Source: an uncultured Chloroflexia bacterium
GTDB lineage: Bacteria; Chloroflexota; UBA6077; JACCZL01
Direction: 5' to 3'
Length of the DNA stretch: 64,000 bases
Assembly: GCA_963765765.1 (NCBI GenBank)
Contig: CAVXYC010000020.1
Coordinates: forward strand, 768,001-832,000
Made by a program: the position numbers and the translations under genes. Every line of letters starts with the position of its first letter. The first letter of the stretch is position 1. The notes beneath the pieces were generated by a model. That model had not been told where the DNA came from, made no database searches, and saw only the letters and a list, made by a program, of their open reading frames with translations. Positions 41,611 to 51,699 of this stretch are shown one piece after another.

Positions 41611-43041
41611 GTGCCTGTAGTTCAGTGGTATCGAAATCTGAGTCTCGTCGCCCGGTTCACCTGGACCGGACTGGCGCTCACTATCATCGTCGGAAGCCTG
41701 GTAGCTTTAGTGGTGGGCCAGGGGATTGAGCGCGCGGCGTTGGAGCATGAGGCCTGGAGCGTGAGCGAGACTGTCGCCCAGACGTTGGGTCCGGCGATCG
41801 CAGCATCCGACTTCGAAGTGGGCGACCACCTGGCGCGCGCTGAGGAGATCCGCCGCGCCGAGGAGGACCTGGCTGGCCATTCTCGAATTCGCGAGCTGCG
41901 TATCTGGTCAGCGGACAGCACCCTCATATTCGGGCCGGAGCTTGAAATGATCGGCTTCGGATACGAGCGCAACCCTGCACTGAATCGCGCCCTACGCGGT
42001 GAGGTGGCATCCGTGCCTGTGCTCGTTCCCGGAATGATTGGTGACCAGTTCGACGCCGGCTTGCAGACGTTTGCCCCTATCCGAGCCAGAGACGCGTCCG
42101 TGCTCGGGGCTTTCGAAATTCAGCACTCCACCGTCGCCGTCACGGATCGCATTCATGCAGGCTTGAGGACGCTCTGGCTTAGCGTGACGGGAGGCCTGCT
42201 GCTCTTATATTTCGGTCTCTTTGGCATTGTGAAGCGTGCTTCGGCAGAGCTCGAGTGGCACCATCGGGAGGTGATAGCGCTCACATCACGTCGCGAAATC
42301 GATCGGATGAAGGCGGAATTCGCCAGTACCGTCTCACACGAGCTTCGAGCTCCACTCACCTCCTTGATCGGATATTCCGAGCTACTGGTCTCACGTGGAT
42401 CGCAGCATGGTCAGGATTATGAGTGGGCAGAGCAGATTTTGCGGCAGTCTAAGCGGCTGAGCGAGCTACTGGACGACGTATTGGGCGCATCGATGATCGC
42501 CGACAGCGCAATGATGCTCACGCCGCGCACGCTGGATGTGCCGGCGATCGTTGCACGCGCAATCGGCGCACTTCCGGGCATCACGCCAACAATCGCAATT
42601 GAGGCGGCCCTGCCGCCAAATTTGCCTTCTATTCTGGGCGACCGAGAAAAGCTCATGCAGATTCTGACAAATCTCTTAACCAATGCTGTCAAGTACTCCC
42701 CGGATGGAGGCGAAATTCGGATCAGCGCCGCCGAGGTGAATGGTCGACTGCGACTGTCGGTCATCGATCATGGACTTGGAATCGCCCAGAACGACCTTCC
42801 CCGTCTGTTCGAGCGATTCCATCGCATCCATGCGCGTACCAATCCTGAGATCCATGGCACAGGCCTGGGGCTCTACATCTCACGCGGTCTCGCCGAGCTT
42901 CAGGGAGGCATCCTGTGGGGCGAAAGCCAAGGGCTGGGCATGGGCTCAGCGTTTCATCTCGAGCTGCCTCTCGCGCCAGCTGAGGACATCGCTCCGGCAA
43001 CGGTTGGGCGTCCCAGTCTCGCCATTGGCGCAGCTCCGTAG
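41611..43041 (+). CDS. Membrane sensor histidine kinase (orphan)
   Basis: Two TM helices; SHELRAPL, NLLTNAVKY, DHGLG, GTGLGL. Confidence 0.92.
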   Translation: MPVVQWYRNLSLVARFTWTGLALTIIVGSLVALVVGQGIERAALEHEAWSVSETVAQTLGPAIAASDFEVGDHLARAEEIRRAEEDLAGHSRIRELRIWSADSTLIFGPELEMIGFGYERNPALNRALRGEVASVPVLVPGMIGDQFDAGLQTFAPIRARDASVLGAFEIQHSTVAVTDRIHAGLRTLWLSVTGGLLLLYFGLFGIVKRASAELEWHHREVIALTSRREIDRMKAEFASTVSHELRAPLTSLIGYSELLVSRGSQHGQDYEWAEQILRQSKRLSELLDDVLGASMIADSAMMLTPRTLDVPAIVARAIGALPGITPTIAIEAALPPNLPSILGDREKLMQILTNLLTNAVKYSPDGGEIRISAAEVNGRLRLSVIDHGLGIAQNDLPRLFERFHRIHARTNPEIHGTGLGLYISRGLAELQGGILWGESQGLGMGSAFHLELPLAPAEDIAPATVGRPSLAIGAAP

Positions 43042-43172
43042 CAAGCAGTCCGTGAGGGGTAGCAGCGCCTAACACAACGCCGCTAGTCCGAAAGTCGGGT
43101 AATATACTGCACGGACAATCGGCCTAGCGATGCGCGCTGTCCCACTCGTGCGTACGACGGAGTAATCCCAAA

Positions 43173-43652
43173 TTGGTGGAAGAAATCATCCTTCAGGTCG
43201 AGCGCGTCCTGCGCATCGCCCTGACGGTCATAGCCGCGTATCTCGTGGCCCTATGGATAGCAAGCGTTTGGTGGACATTCCGGGATATTCGCCTTCGCAC
43301 TACCGACCTTTTCCTTCAGATCGCCGCCACACTCCTCGTGGTGATCTTCAACTTCGCCGGCCTCCTGATCTACTTCATTCTGCGACCACCGAGGACGCTG
43401 GCCGAGCTCTACGAGGAATCGCTTGAAGAAGAAGCGGTCCTTCAAGGCATTTACGTCCAGGCGTCCTGTCCGGTCTGCCGACAGCGCGCGGAGCAGGACT
43501 TCATCTTCTGTCCCTGGTGCCAAACGCGCCTGAAGCGGCTGTGCATCCGCTGCGACAGGCCGCTACTACTGCGCTGGAAGGCCTGTCCATCTTGCGGAGA
43601 GGCCGCTACGGGCCCATTGATCGATGAGAAGACGCCAACCGCGCTGATGTAG
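43173..43652 (+). CDS. Membrane protein with double zinc ribbon
   Basis: WTFRDIR, ILRPPRTLAE, four CxxC pairs. Confidence 0.85.
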   Translation: MVEEIILQVERVLRIALTVIAAYLVALWIASVWWTFRDIRLRTTDLFLQIAATLLVVIFNFAGLLIYFILRPPRTLAELYEESLEEEAVLQGIYVQASCPVCRQRAEQDFIFCPWCQTRLKRLCIRCDRPLLLRWKACPSCGEAATGPLIDEKTPTALM

Positions 43653-43656
43653 CCCG

Positions 43657-43753
43657 GCCTGGGAGCGCGGGCGTCCCGACCAGATCTACCTCGCTCGCGT
43701 CGCACGCACCGTTGATAGGGGCATTCAGGGCGGGACCACCCGCGCTCCCAGGC
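43657..43753. repeat. REP-doublet-like inverted repeat, family E
   Basis: GCCTGGGAGCGCGGG / CCCGCGCTCCCAGGC perfect 15 bp with imperfect extension; fills the gap between convergent stops. Confidence 0.7.
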
Positions 43754-45930
43754 TACGCGTAGCGCTTCAGTGCGCGCGCTACGCGGATCTCGACGAAGCT
43801 AAAGTCATCGCCGAGCTGACTCTGAATCTCGGTCAACGTCGTCTCGCCGGCCATGCGAAGAACATCGTTAATCGCGTCGAGCTTGTCCGCGGCTATGAGC
43901 CGATCGACATCGATCTCCTCGCCCGCTTCGAGCCCGTCGGCAAGGTGGCCCTCGATGGTGGACAACGCGAGGCCACGCTCTCGGGCAATGTCCGCGACGC
44001 TCCTGCCTTCTCGAAAAAGGTCGAGCGTCTCACGCATTGAGCTACCGGCTATTCGTCGACCCCGAGGAGCTTCCGCGGGTCGAGCATTTGGAGGCACCGG
44101 CCGCGATGAAGACGCGGCGCGTCGCAGTCCGCGCGCATCCGCATATGAACGTATCGTTTCCAGAAACTCATCGCCAAAGCTAGAGGCCTTCGCCGTTCCA
44201 ATTCCTGGAAGCCGCATCAGCTCATCTATCGAGGACGGCAAGCGACCAGCCATCTCCTGAAGCGTTCTATCGTGGAAGATGACGTACGGTGGCACATTGC
44301 GCTCATCGGCGATTCTCTTGCGCAGAGCCCGCAGATCGTCGAAGAGCTCCGGGTTGGCCTGCATATGGTCGGGCTTGACCGCGGCTGTCCGAGCCCGCGT
44401 GACCAACATCACTCGCTCTTCACCAGTAAGCACGCGCCTTCCGGCGGCTGTCACCGGAGCGCGTTAAATCGCTCCGCATCCTGTGTGGCATACCCATATC
44501 GCACAAGCTGCCTTGCAAGCGCGGACCACTCCTCTTTCGGTCGACCGCGGCCAACGCCATGGGTCGGCAGGGCGTCATGGCCAAAACGTACGATGCGCTC
44601 TGATCTGGCACCGCGCAGTACATCGACCAGATAGGCAACGCCGAATCGTTCTCCCGTGCGTACCGCGCACGACAGCAGCATCTGCGCGGCTACCGTGGCG
44701 TCCTCTGTCTCACCGGGATCTCGACAAACGTCACAGCACGGCTCAGGCCGTTCCTCGAGTTTCTCGTCAAAGTAGGCAAGCAACATCTCACGCCGACAGG
44801 TCGTGCTTTCAGCCCAGCTCTGGACCTGTCGAAGCTGCGCGCGTGCTACCGCCTGAACCTGAGGGGATTCAATCTGCCTGATGAAGTATTCATGCTTCAT
44901 GCTGTCGCCGGCGGCGTAGAAGAGCATGCACTCACTGGGCTCGCCATCACGTCCGGCGCGGCCACTTTCCTGGTAGTAGCCCTCGAGGTTCTTAGGTAAA
45001 TCGTAGTGCATGACAAAGCGTACGTCTGGCTTGTCAATCCCCATGCCGAACGCAATCGTCGCGACGATGATCTGAACATCGTCTCGGACAAACGCTTCCT
45101 GGTGGCGGGAGCGAGTAGCCGGATCGAGGCCCGCGTGATACGGCGCTCCGGAGAAACCATCGCGTCGTAGCTGTGATGCGATCTCTTCGGTACTTGTCCG
45201 AGACTGACAGTAGATGATCCCCGAGCCCCGATCAGCGGAGCGTAAGTACGCCACGATCTGCTCGTACGCGGATTTCTTACCACGGACCTCGTAACTTAGA
45301 TTGGCCCGGTTGAAACTGCCTCGAAACGACGCGGCGCCCTGAAGTCCTAGCTCTCGCTTGATGTCTTCCTGAACGCGTGAAGTGGCGGTGGCCGTAAAGG
45401 CACCGATCGGACAACCGGGAAAAGAGTCGCGAAGATCACGGAGCTGGCGATATTCTGGACGGAAGTCATGGCCCCATTCTGAGATACAGTGGGCCCTCGT
45501 CAATAGCGAAAAGACTGACGTTGCGCTCTTTCAACCAGCCCAGGAAGCTGGGCATCATCAAACGTTCAGGGGCGACGTACAAAATCTTGATCTCACCCCG
45601 AGAGATGGCTGCCTGACGCTCACGCACCTCGGTCCCGGAGAGGGAGCTATTGATGTAAGCGGCGCTCACTCCCAGAGTTTGAAGCGCGTCCACCTGGTCT
45701 TTCATCAGGGCAATGAGCGGGGAGACAACTACAGCGAGCCCTGGCAGCACCAGTCCGGGAAGCTGATAGCACAGCGACTTTCCCCCACCAGTTGGCATGA
45801 GCACGAAGGCGTCGCGCCCCTCGATCAACGAGAAAACGACGTCTTCCTGCAGGGGCCGGAAGGAACTGAAACCGAATGTTGAGCGGAGCGTCTGTAGGGC
45901 TTGTTCCTGCAGCGTCGGGGATAGGGACAT
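43753..45930 (-). CDS. recQ: DNA helicase RecQ (indels ~45495 and ~44455)
   Basis: MPTGGGKS, DE(A)HCISEWGHDFRPEY, QESGRAGRDG, Zn-Cys cluster, RQC, HRDC, HTH. Confidence 0.93.
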
Positions 45931-45991
45931 CGCTAGATATTAGAGACTCCGCTGTCATCAAACAACAACGCGCGGCCCAGCAAGCGATGCC

Positions 45992-46555
45992 TTAAAGGAC
46001 AGGTCCCATGGATGAGATCACACTGGATACCAGTTGGAGTACCGGCTTCAGGTCCACGGTGCTATTCACAAAGATGTGGCGTTCGTCCAGCGGCTCAAAC
46101 GTTTTCACAAGATGCTGGTACACAGCCCAGTCGGCATCAGACTTATCGCTTGGATTCGGCGAATCTTGACGATGCTGCAGCCGCTTGCGAATCACATGTT
46201 CCGGCGCCCAGACCACAAGCGCCAGGAATTGTGCCCTGGCGGCTCTGGCGAGGTCCTGTAGCCTCTTGCGATGAGACTTGCGAAGGTTCGTCGCGTCAAA
46301 AATGACATCCTGGCCTCGAGACAGTTTCTGGCGCAGACGCTGCTGCGCGACGTTGTGGACCCACGCGCTTTCTGCCGGCAAATACGTTGGTACAGACACC
46401 AACGCCTTGCGAATCGCGTCAGTCTGGACGATGTCCGCGCCAATAGCTTCCTTGAGTCGTTGCGCTACCGTGGACTTTCCGGTGCCAGGTGGGCCCACCA
46501 GGACCAGTAATGTAGGAGGCCGGGACGAAGCGGTCTGTTTAGATTCATCCGTCAC
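45992..46555 (-). CDS. AAA_33-type P-loop kinase
   Basis: GPPGTGKST, DAIRK, FDATN, SDAD. Confidence 0.85.
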   Translation of the reverse strand: MTDESKQTASSRPPTLLVLVGPPGTGKSTVAQRLKEAIGADIVQTDAIRKALVSVPTYLPAESAWVHNVAQQRLRQKLSRGQDVIFDATNLRKSHRKRLQDLARAARAQFLALVVWAPEHVIRKRLQHRQDSPNPSDKSDADWAVYQHLVKTFEPLDERHIFVNSTVDLKPVLQLVSSVISSMGPVL

Positions 46556-46694
46556 GGTTCAGGCCGCTCATGGGATCATACGTAGCGAGGTTGCCAACGG
46601 AACTCACTGGAACTTCCCGAACGTCTGGGGCGTTACTCTCACGGACGGTCGGCGTGTCCCACTCGAGTGTCTGGCACCAACCTAAGCTCAAGGG

Positions 46695-48383
46695 GTGTGC
46701 GTGGTAGCTATCGGAGACGTTCTTGCCAGTCGCTATGTCATTGAAGAGCGACTCGGCCAGGGCGGAATGGCGGCCGTCTATCGAGCCCGCGATCAACAGC
46801 TTGGACGTGCCGTCGCCATAAAGGTGCTCCACCAGCAATTCTCTGAGGACCCTGAGCTGGTAGCCCGTTTCCAGCAGGAGGCGCGGGCCGCGGCCGCGCT
46901 CAGTCATCCACATATTGTGGAAGTGTATGACGTTGGGACAGACCAGGGCGCCCTCTTCATCGTTATGGCCCTGGCAACGGGCGAAAACTTCGGCAGCATT
47001 CTGCAACGAGAAGGCCGGCCGTCTCCTGCTGAGGTCGCCCGAATCGGGGCGTCAATCGCGGATGCGCTGGCCTATGCACATCGCAATGGTGTCATTCATC
47101 GCGACGTCAAACCCCAGAACATCCTGATAGACCCCGATGGTCGCGTGCGTCTGGCCGACTTCGGGATCGCGGAGATTGCCGGCACATCCGGACTCACGCA
47201 GAGTGGCTGGGTCATGGGGACCGCCTACTATCTCTCACCAGAGCGGGCGCAGGGCGAGGCGGGCGGCGCGGCCGCGGATATTTACTCACTGGGTGTGGTG
47301 CTCTATGAGGCACTGGCCGGACGTCGTCCGTTCTCCGGTGCGAATCCAGTCGCCATAGCGCTGCAGCAGCTCCAGCACGCGGCACCGCCACTTTCATCGC
47401 TTGCCCCGGACGCTCCAACATCACTCATTGCCGCCATTGACCGATCGATGGCCTACGAGCCGGGTTCGCGTTACCCAAATGCTGAGGAGCTCGCCCGTGA
47501 CTTGAGAGCAGCCGCGAGCATGGACCCGCCCACCATACGTCAGCAAGCGGTCCCTGCCGACGCGCCTACCCAGAGAGCTCCCGTGGCTACCACTTCGGTT
47601 CGGCCAGCGGTTCAGCCAGTGCCCGCCCGCCTTGCTCCACGTAACAAGCCTTCGCAACCTCTGGTGGCTTCGGCCGCGCGCGGATTGATGACTGGAATTC
47701 TCGTCGTGGCCACGATCGTTGGGTCACTTATTCTCGGAGTCTGGCTGGTCGGTCAATACGGCGCGCCGCTCATTCGCCGATTCACACCGTCCGCGGCGTC
47801 GACTTCTACCCCGGCGGCGGTTGTAGTGCCGACTGCGACACGCGCTGCTCCGACTGCAACTTCGCTCCCTGTGACGCCAACGAGCGTCCCACCTACCAAT
47901 ACGAGCGTGCCGGCAACCGCCACGGCGACGCGCACTCCCGCTCCACCCACAGCGACCACAGCACCGCCGAAGCCGACGCTGCTTGAAGTTCCGAACGTGG
48001 TTGGGCGACAGCGGAATGAGGCGGAGGACACGCTACGGCGCGCTCAGCTCGCCGTCACGGTCCGGGAAGTTGCCGACCCGGCCCGCCCCGTCGGCGTCGT
48101 GCTCAGTCAATCGCCGGCGGCGGGCCAACGGCTTGAGCCGGGCGGCGTTGTGAACATCAGCGTCAATCGACCGCCTGCATCCCCAGGCGTGAGAGTCCCG
48201 AATGTGGAGGGTATGGATGCACCCGAGGCGCGCCGTACGTTGGAATCGGCCGGATTCAAAGTCGTCGTAGCGGAGACGCAGGCACAGCAAGGACAGGGGA
48301 AGGGAACGGTGGTGAATCAGGTCCCCGATTCGGCCGCGACCGTCGAGTCAGGGTCATCTGTAAGAATCGAGATTGGTACGTAG
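46695..48383 (+). CDS. Ser/Thr protein kinase with TM helix, Pro/Thr linker and two PASTA domains (PknB-like)
   Basis: GQGGMA, AIK, HRDVKPQN, DFG, SPE; VPNVVG and VPNVEG. Confidence 0.93.
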   Translation: MCVVAIGDVLASRYVIEERLGQGGMAAVYRARDQQLGRAVAIKVLHQQFSEDPELVARFQQEARAAAALSHPHIVEVYDVGTDQGALFIVMALATGENFGSILQREGRPSPAEVARIGASIADALAYAHRNGVIHRDVKPQNILIDPDGRVRLADFGIAEIAGTSGLTQSGWVMGTAYYLSPERAQGEAGGAAADIYSLGVVLYEALAGRRPFSGANPVAIALQQLQHAAPPLSSLAPDAPTSLIAAIDRSMAYEPGSRYPNAEELARDLRAAASMDPPTIRQQAVPADAPTQRAPVATTSVRPAVQPVPARLAPRNKPSQPLVASAARGLMTGILVVATIVGSLILGVWLVGQYGAPLIRRFTPSAASTSTPAAVVVPTATRAAPTATSLPVTPTSVPPTNTSVPATATATRTPAPPTATTAPPKPTLLEVPNVVGRQRNEAEDTLRRAQLAVTVREVADPARPVGVVLSQSPAAGQRLEPGGVVNISVNRPPASPGVRVPNVEGMDAPEARRTLESAGFKVVVAETQAQQGQGKGTVVNQVPDSAATVESGSSVRIEIGT

Positions 48384-48505
48384 CGAAATGCGTCTCGGCG
48401 GTGATACTCGCCTCGTCCAGCGTTCGGCCCCTCATCAGAGCGGAGAAGGTATTTGCAAAGAGACGGGCCAACCGCGCACTCGGTTAGCCGGCCGTAAGCG
48501 ACACA

Positions 48506-48712
48506 CTACGGTATTCGGATATTCGTGGCCCGTGTGCCCCGACCTCGCACATCCTGCATGAGTTCGAATTCGAGCTCCTGGCCTTCGGCGAGACTATCGA
48601 ATACACCCCGCGGCAACGCCCCGTGATGAAAGAAAATTTCTTGCCCGTCTTCAGTACGGATAAAACCAAACCCCCGCTCCCGAATCATTCTTACAATCCT
48701 ACCTCGCTGCAT
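48506..48712 (-). CDS. Cold-shock domain protein
   Basis: RGFGFI (RNP1) and IFFH (RNP2); AAGGAG RBS. Confidence 0.9.
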   Translation of the reverse strand: MQRGRIVRMIRERGFGFIRTEDGQEIFFHHGALPRGVFDSLAEGQELEFELMQDVRGRGTRATNIRIP

Positions 48713-48941
48713 CCGACGCTCCTTCATCGGGCCCCGGCCGCGTTCGCTGACAACTGTCGCGTGGTACCCTTAGCCCCCGACATGCAGATGTCGTGCCAGC
48801 GCTCAGTGGACCCAAACGTGCACCAGGGGCGCTCTCGGCAGGCCGGCACCCAGAAAGAGCGCGGTTCGTAACTGAAGGTACGCACGCCGTGTGCCGACGG
48901 CTAAAGCGCCCGCCTTCGCCTTTAGTCGATTGGCTGACGCA

Positions 48942-48950
48942 TGCTATGCT
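48942..48950 (+). promoter_or_regulatory. Extended -10 promoter candidate (TGCTATGCT)
   Basis: Same 9-mer as at 9474; upstream of the DUF3090 gene. Confidence 0.45.
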
Positions 48951-49005
48951 GAGGTCTTGAGCACGCTCTGAGATGGGGCGGAGCTCGCCTTCGGAGGGGT
49001 AGAGG

Positions 49006-49540
49006 TTGGAGCAAGGAATCAGCGATTTCGGCGAAGTACATCGCCTCGAGGCCGACGCCATCGGTCCACCCGGCCGTCGAGCGTTTCGGATCATCGCTGA
49101 ATCGGAGCGCGGCCGAGTTTGGCTTCGCGTGGAGCGTCAGCAGCTCGAGGCTCTGGCAATGCTCATCGAGCAGCTCATCAGCGGTGTGTATGCGCTGGAT
49201 TTGCGCGCGATGCGCGGAATTAACCCGGCTGAGCCGCAAACCGTGGACACCGAGCCGTCTCCAACCATGGAGCTCCATGTAGGTCAAATGGCGCTGGGCT
49301 TTGATGAAGAGCAGAACACTTACTTACTGCTCGTGCACGATGTCGAGAGCGACAACGACGGCCCACCCACATTTAGCTGCGTCGCGACCCGTCAGCAGCT
49401 TCGCACGCTAGCCGCGACGATTGGTCCTCTGGTCGACCGGTGGTCGCCCAAGATGCCCAATGTGCGACGCGCCGCTGGGATCGGAGCCACACGTATGTGC
49501 TCGATCCAACGGGCACGCGAAGTACGCGGCTGATCTGTAA
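49006..49540 (+). CDS. DUF3090-family protein (indel ~49435)
   Basis: AIGPPGRRAFR, ERQQL; corrected tail GGRPRCPMC...HVCARSNGH. Confidence 0.8.
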
Positions 49541-49572
49541 CTAGGGCCCGGATAACAGGGCTTCCCGAAAGT

Positions 49573-49671
49573 ACCCACCGCAACTCTTTCCGCGCGGCAG
49601 AGGGAGCCGGAAGCTGAGAAATCTCGAGAATCTGACTCCCTCCTTGTCGCGCTGGGCGGGTTGGGTGGGGT
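49573..49671. other. ~100-nt imperfect long hairpin (structured RNA or decayed repeat)
   Basis: Nested pairings ACCCACC/GGTGGGG, CAAC/GTTG, GCGCGGCA/TGTCGCGC, GAGGGAG/CTCCCTC. Confidence 0.4.
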
Positions 49672-49818
49672 CGTGCTCAGCCGCATCACACAGCAACGTT
49701 TAACTCGTTGAAGCAGCTCGTCCACGGACGATCAGTTGTCTCTAGCGGCGAGTGAACCACCGCCAAATGTTGACCGGCGACGATCATTAAGCCCAACGGA
49801 GCCCGTGCATGCGTTGGG

Positions 49819-49824
49819 TATAAT
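49819..49824 (+). promoter_or_regulatory. -10 element TATAAT upstream of accD/A
   Basis: Perfect consensus hexamer about 45 nt before the start. Confidence 0.55.
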
Positions 49825-49869
49825 ACGTGCGATTGATCGCCCAGAATCTGAGATCTCCGAGCCACTTTT

Positions 49870-51699
49870 TTGACTGACACACCCACCGGCGATCGAACCG
49901 TTTGCCCGCGGTGTAGCGCATCGCTTGAGAGTGGCACGCTTTACAACCGCTATCACGTTTGCGACAGCTGCGGACTGCATTTCCAGATCTCGGCTCGACA
50001 GCGGCTCGAGCAACTTGTAGACGAAGGCAGCTTCCGCGAGGTCAATCAACGTCTCGCCGGTGGCGATCCACTCACTTTCGCCGATCGAGTCCCGTACCTG
50101 GACCGCCTGAACCAGGCGCGTGAACGCACTGGTATCGATGAGGCAGTCATTACGGGAACGGCCCGCATCAATGGCCTTCAGTGTGTGCTGGCGATCAGTG
50201 AGTTCGGTTTCCTGGGCGGAAGCATGGGCTCAGCCGTAGGCGAGAAGGTTGCTCTTGCCATGGAGCTGTCAATGAGCAAGCAGCTCCCATTTGTGAGCAT
50301 TGCAGCAAGCGGTGGCGCCCGAATGCAGGAAGGCATGCTCTCGCTGGTGCAGATGGCCAAGACGGCCGCCGCAGCTATGCGCCTGCACAAGTCTGCAGTG
50401 CCATTCATTTCAGTGCTCACTGATCCAACGACGGGCGGAGTTTACGCGAGCTATGCGTCGCAGGGTGACATCCTTATCGCCGAATCAGGGGCCCTTGTTG
50501 GTTTTGCGGGCCCGAGGGTGATCGAGCAGCTCACGGGGCACGCGATTCCCCCCAATGCGCAGACGGCCGAGCTTCTTCTGGAGCAAGGGCAGATTGATGC
50601 CGTCGTCGAGCGCCCAAAACTTCGTGGGCTCCTGGCCATGCTCATCCAGATCTTGTATCGGCCATGGGACTTGAAAGCTCGCGGTGATGTTGAGCTGTAT
50701 CGGCCAACGCCCACGCCGCCTGCTTCTGCATGGCAGGCTGTCGAGCTAGCTCGGCATGATCAGCGCCCCACCGCGTGCGATTACATTCGACGCATGATGC
50801 CGCTTTTCGTGGAGCTGCGCGGCGACCGGCTCTATGGTGACGATCCAGCTGTCGTCGCGGGCGTTGGAGACTTGGGCGGAATTACCTGTGTTGTCATCGC
50901 CCAGGAGCGGGGACACGGCGATGACGCGGAGCACCGTCGGGGCGGGAAGATGCGGCCCGAAGGCTATCGCAAGGCGGAGCGCATGATGCGCCTAGCCGCG
51001 GATCTGAATCTCCCGCTTATCACCTTGATCGATACTCCCGGTGCTTCGTTGGACTTCGACTCTGAAGCACGCGGCCTTGCGCCGTCCATCTCCAATTGTC
51101 TGGCGCGCATGTCCATCACACCGGTGCCAATCATTGCCACGGTTATCGGCGAAGGTGGCAGCGGTGGTGCGTTAGCATTGGGCCTGGCGGACCGCATCCT
51201 CATGCAAGAGAACTCGATTTATTCTGTCATTGCTCCGGAAGGCGCGGCGGCCATTCTCTACCACGATGCACAAAGGGCGCGAGACGTTGCGGATGCGCTC
51301 AAGCTATCAGCCGCCGATGCAAGCGTCCTCGGGGTTGTCGACACGCTCGTACCGGAGCCTCAGGGCGGAGCGCACCTGGATCCCGACTACGCGGCTGTGC
51401 TGCTACGAAATTACATCCTAGATGCTCTCGTTGAGCTGCGTAAGATCAGTTCCAACAAGCTTCTGGATGAGCGCTACCGGAAGTTTCGCCGTATGGGTCA
51501 GGTGGCCGAGCGCCGAGAAGGCTTTACCCATGAACTGGAAGAGATCCAAAAACGCTTCGTCTCAGCGTTCGATCACATTCGTTATCGCTTTCCCAACCGT
51601 CAGGGGGATTCGGATAAATTGGGCGAACCAGCAACGGAAGACGGCGCCGTCTCCGATGTCGTGACACCCGAGGGGTTAGTGGCGGATCAGCCGCGATAG
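49870..51699 (+). CDS. accD: Fused acetyl-CoA carboxylase carboxyltransferase beta/alpha
   Basis: Zn finger CPRC...CDSC, GGSMG, SGGARMQEG, then AccA motifs PEGYRKA, IDTPGA, GEGGSGGAL. Confidence 0.92.
   Translation: MTDTPTGDRTVCPRCSASLESGTLYNRYHVCDSCGLHFQISARQRLEQLVDEGSFREVNQRLAGGDPLTFADRVPYLDRLNQARERTGIDEAVITGTARINGLQCVLAISEFGFLGGSMGSAVGEKVALAMELSMSKQLPFVSIAASGGARMQEGMLSLVQMAKTAAAAMRLHKSAVPFISVLTDPTTGGVYASYASQGDILIAESGALVGFAGPRVIEQLTGHAIPPNAQTAELLLEQGQIDAVVERPKLRGLLAMLIQILYRPWDLKARGDVELYRPTPTPPASAWQAVELARHDQRPTACDYIRRMMPLFVELRGDRLYGDDPAVVAGVGDLGGITCVVIAQERGHGDDAEHRRGGKMRPEGYRKAERMMRLAADLNLPLITLIDTPGASLDFDSEARGLAPSISNCLARMSITPVPIIATVIGEGGSGGALALGLADRILMQENSIYSVIAPEGAAAILYHDAQRARDVADALKLSAADASVLGVVDTLVPEPQGGAHLDPDYAAVLLRNYILDALVELRKISSNKLLDERYRKFRRMGQVAERREGFTHELEEIQKRFVSAFDHIRYRFPNRQGDSDKLGEPATEDGAVSDVVTPEGLVADQPR

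Noticed and set aside
8642-43753. CRISPR array or integron attC sites
   Set aside because: The repeats are isolated inverted doublets of unrelated sequence, not tandem repeat-spacer units; no cas or integrase genes and no consistent GTTRRRY/RYYYAAC ends.
47800-47980. Pro/Thr/Ala codon repeats as a DNA tandem array
   Set aside because: Degenerate at the DNA level and explained by the kinase's low-complexity linker.
49870-51699. AccD-AccA fusion as a novelty
   Set aside because: Fused carboxyltransferases are known in several bacterial lineages, and the linker looks natural.
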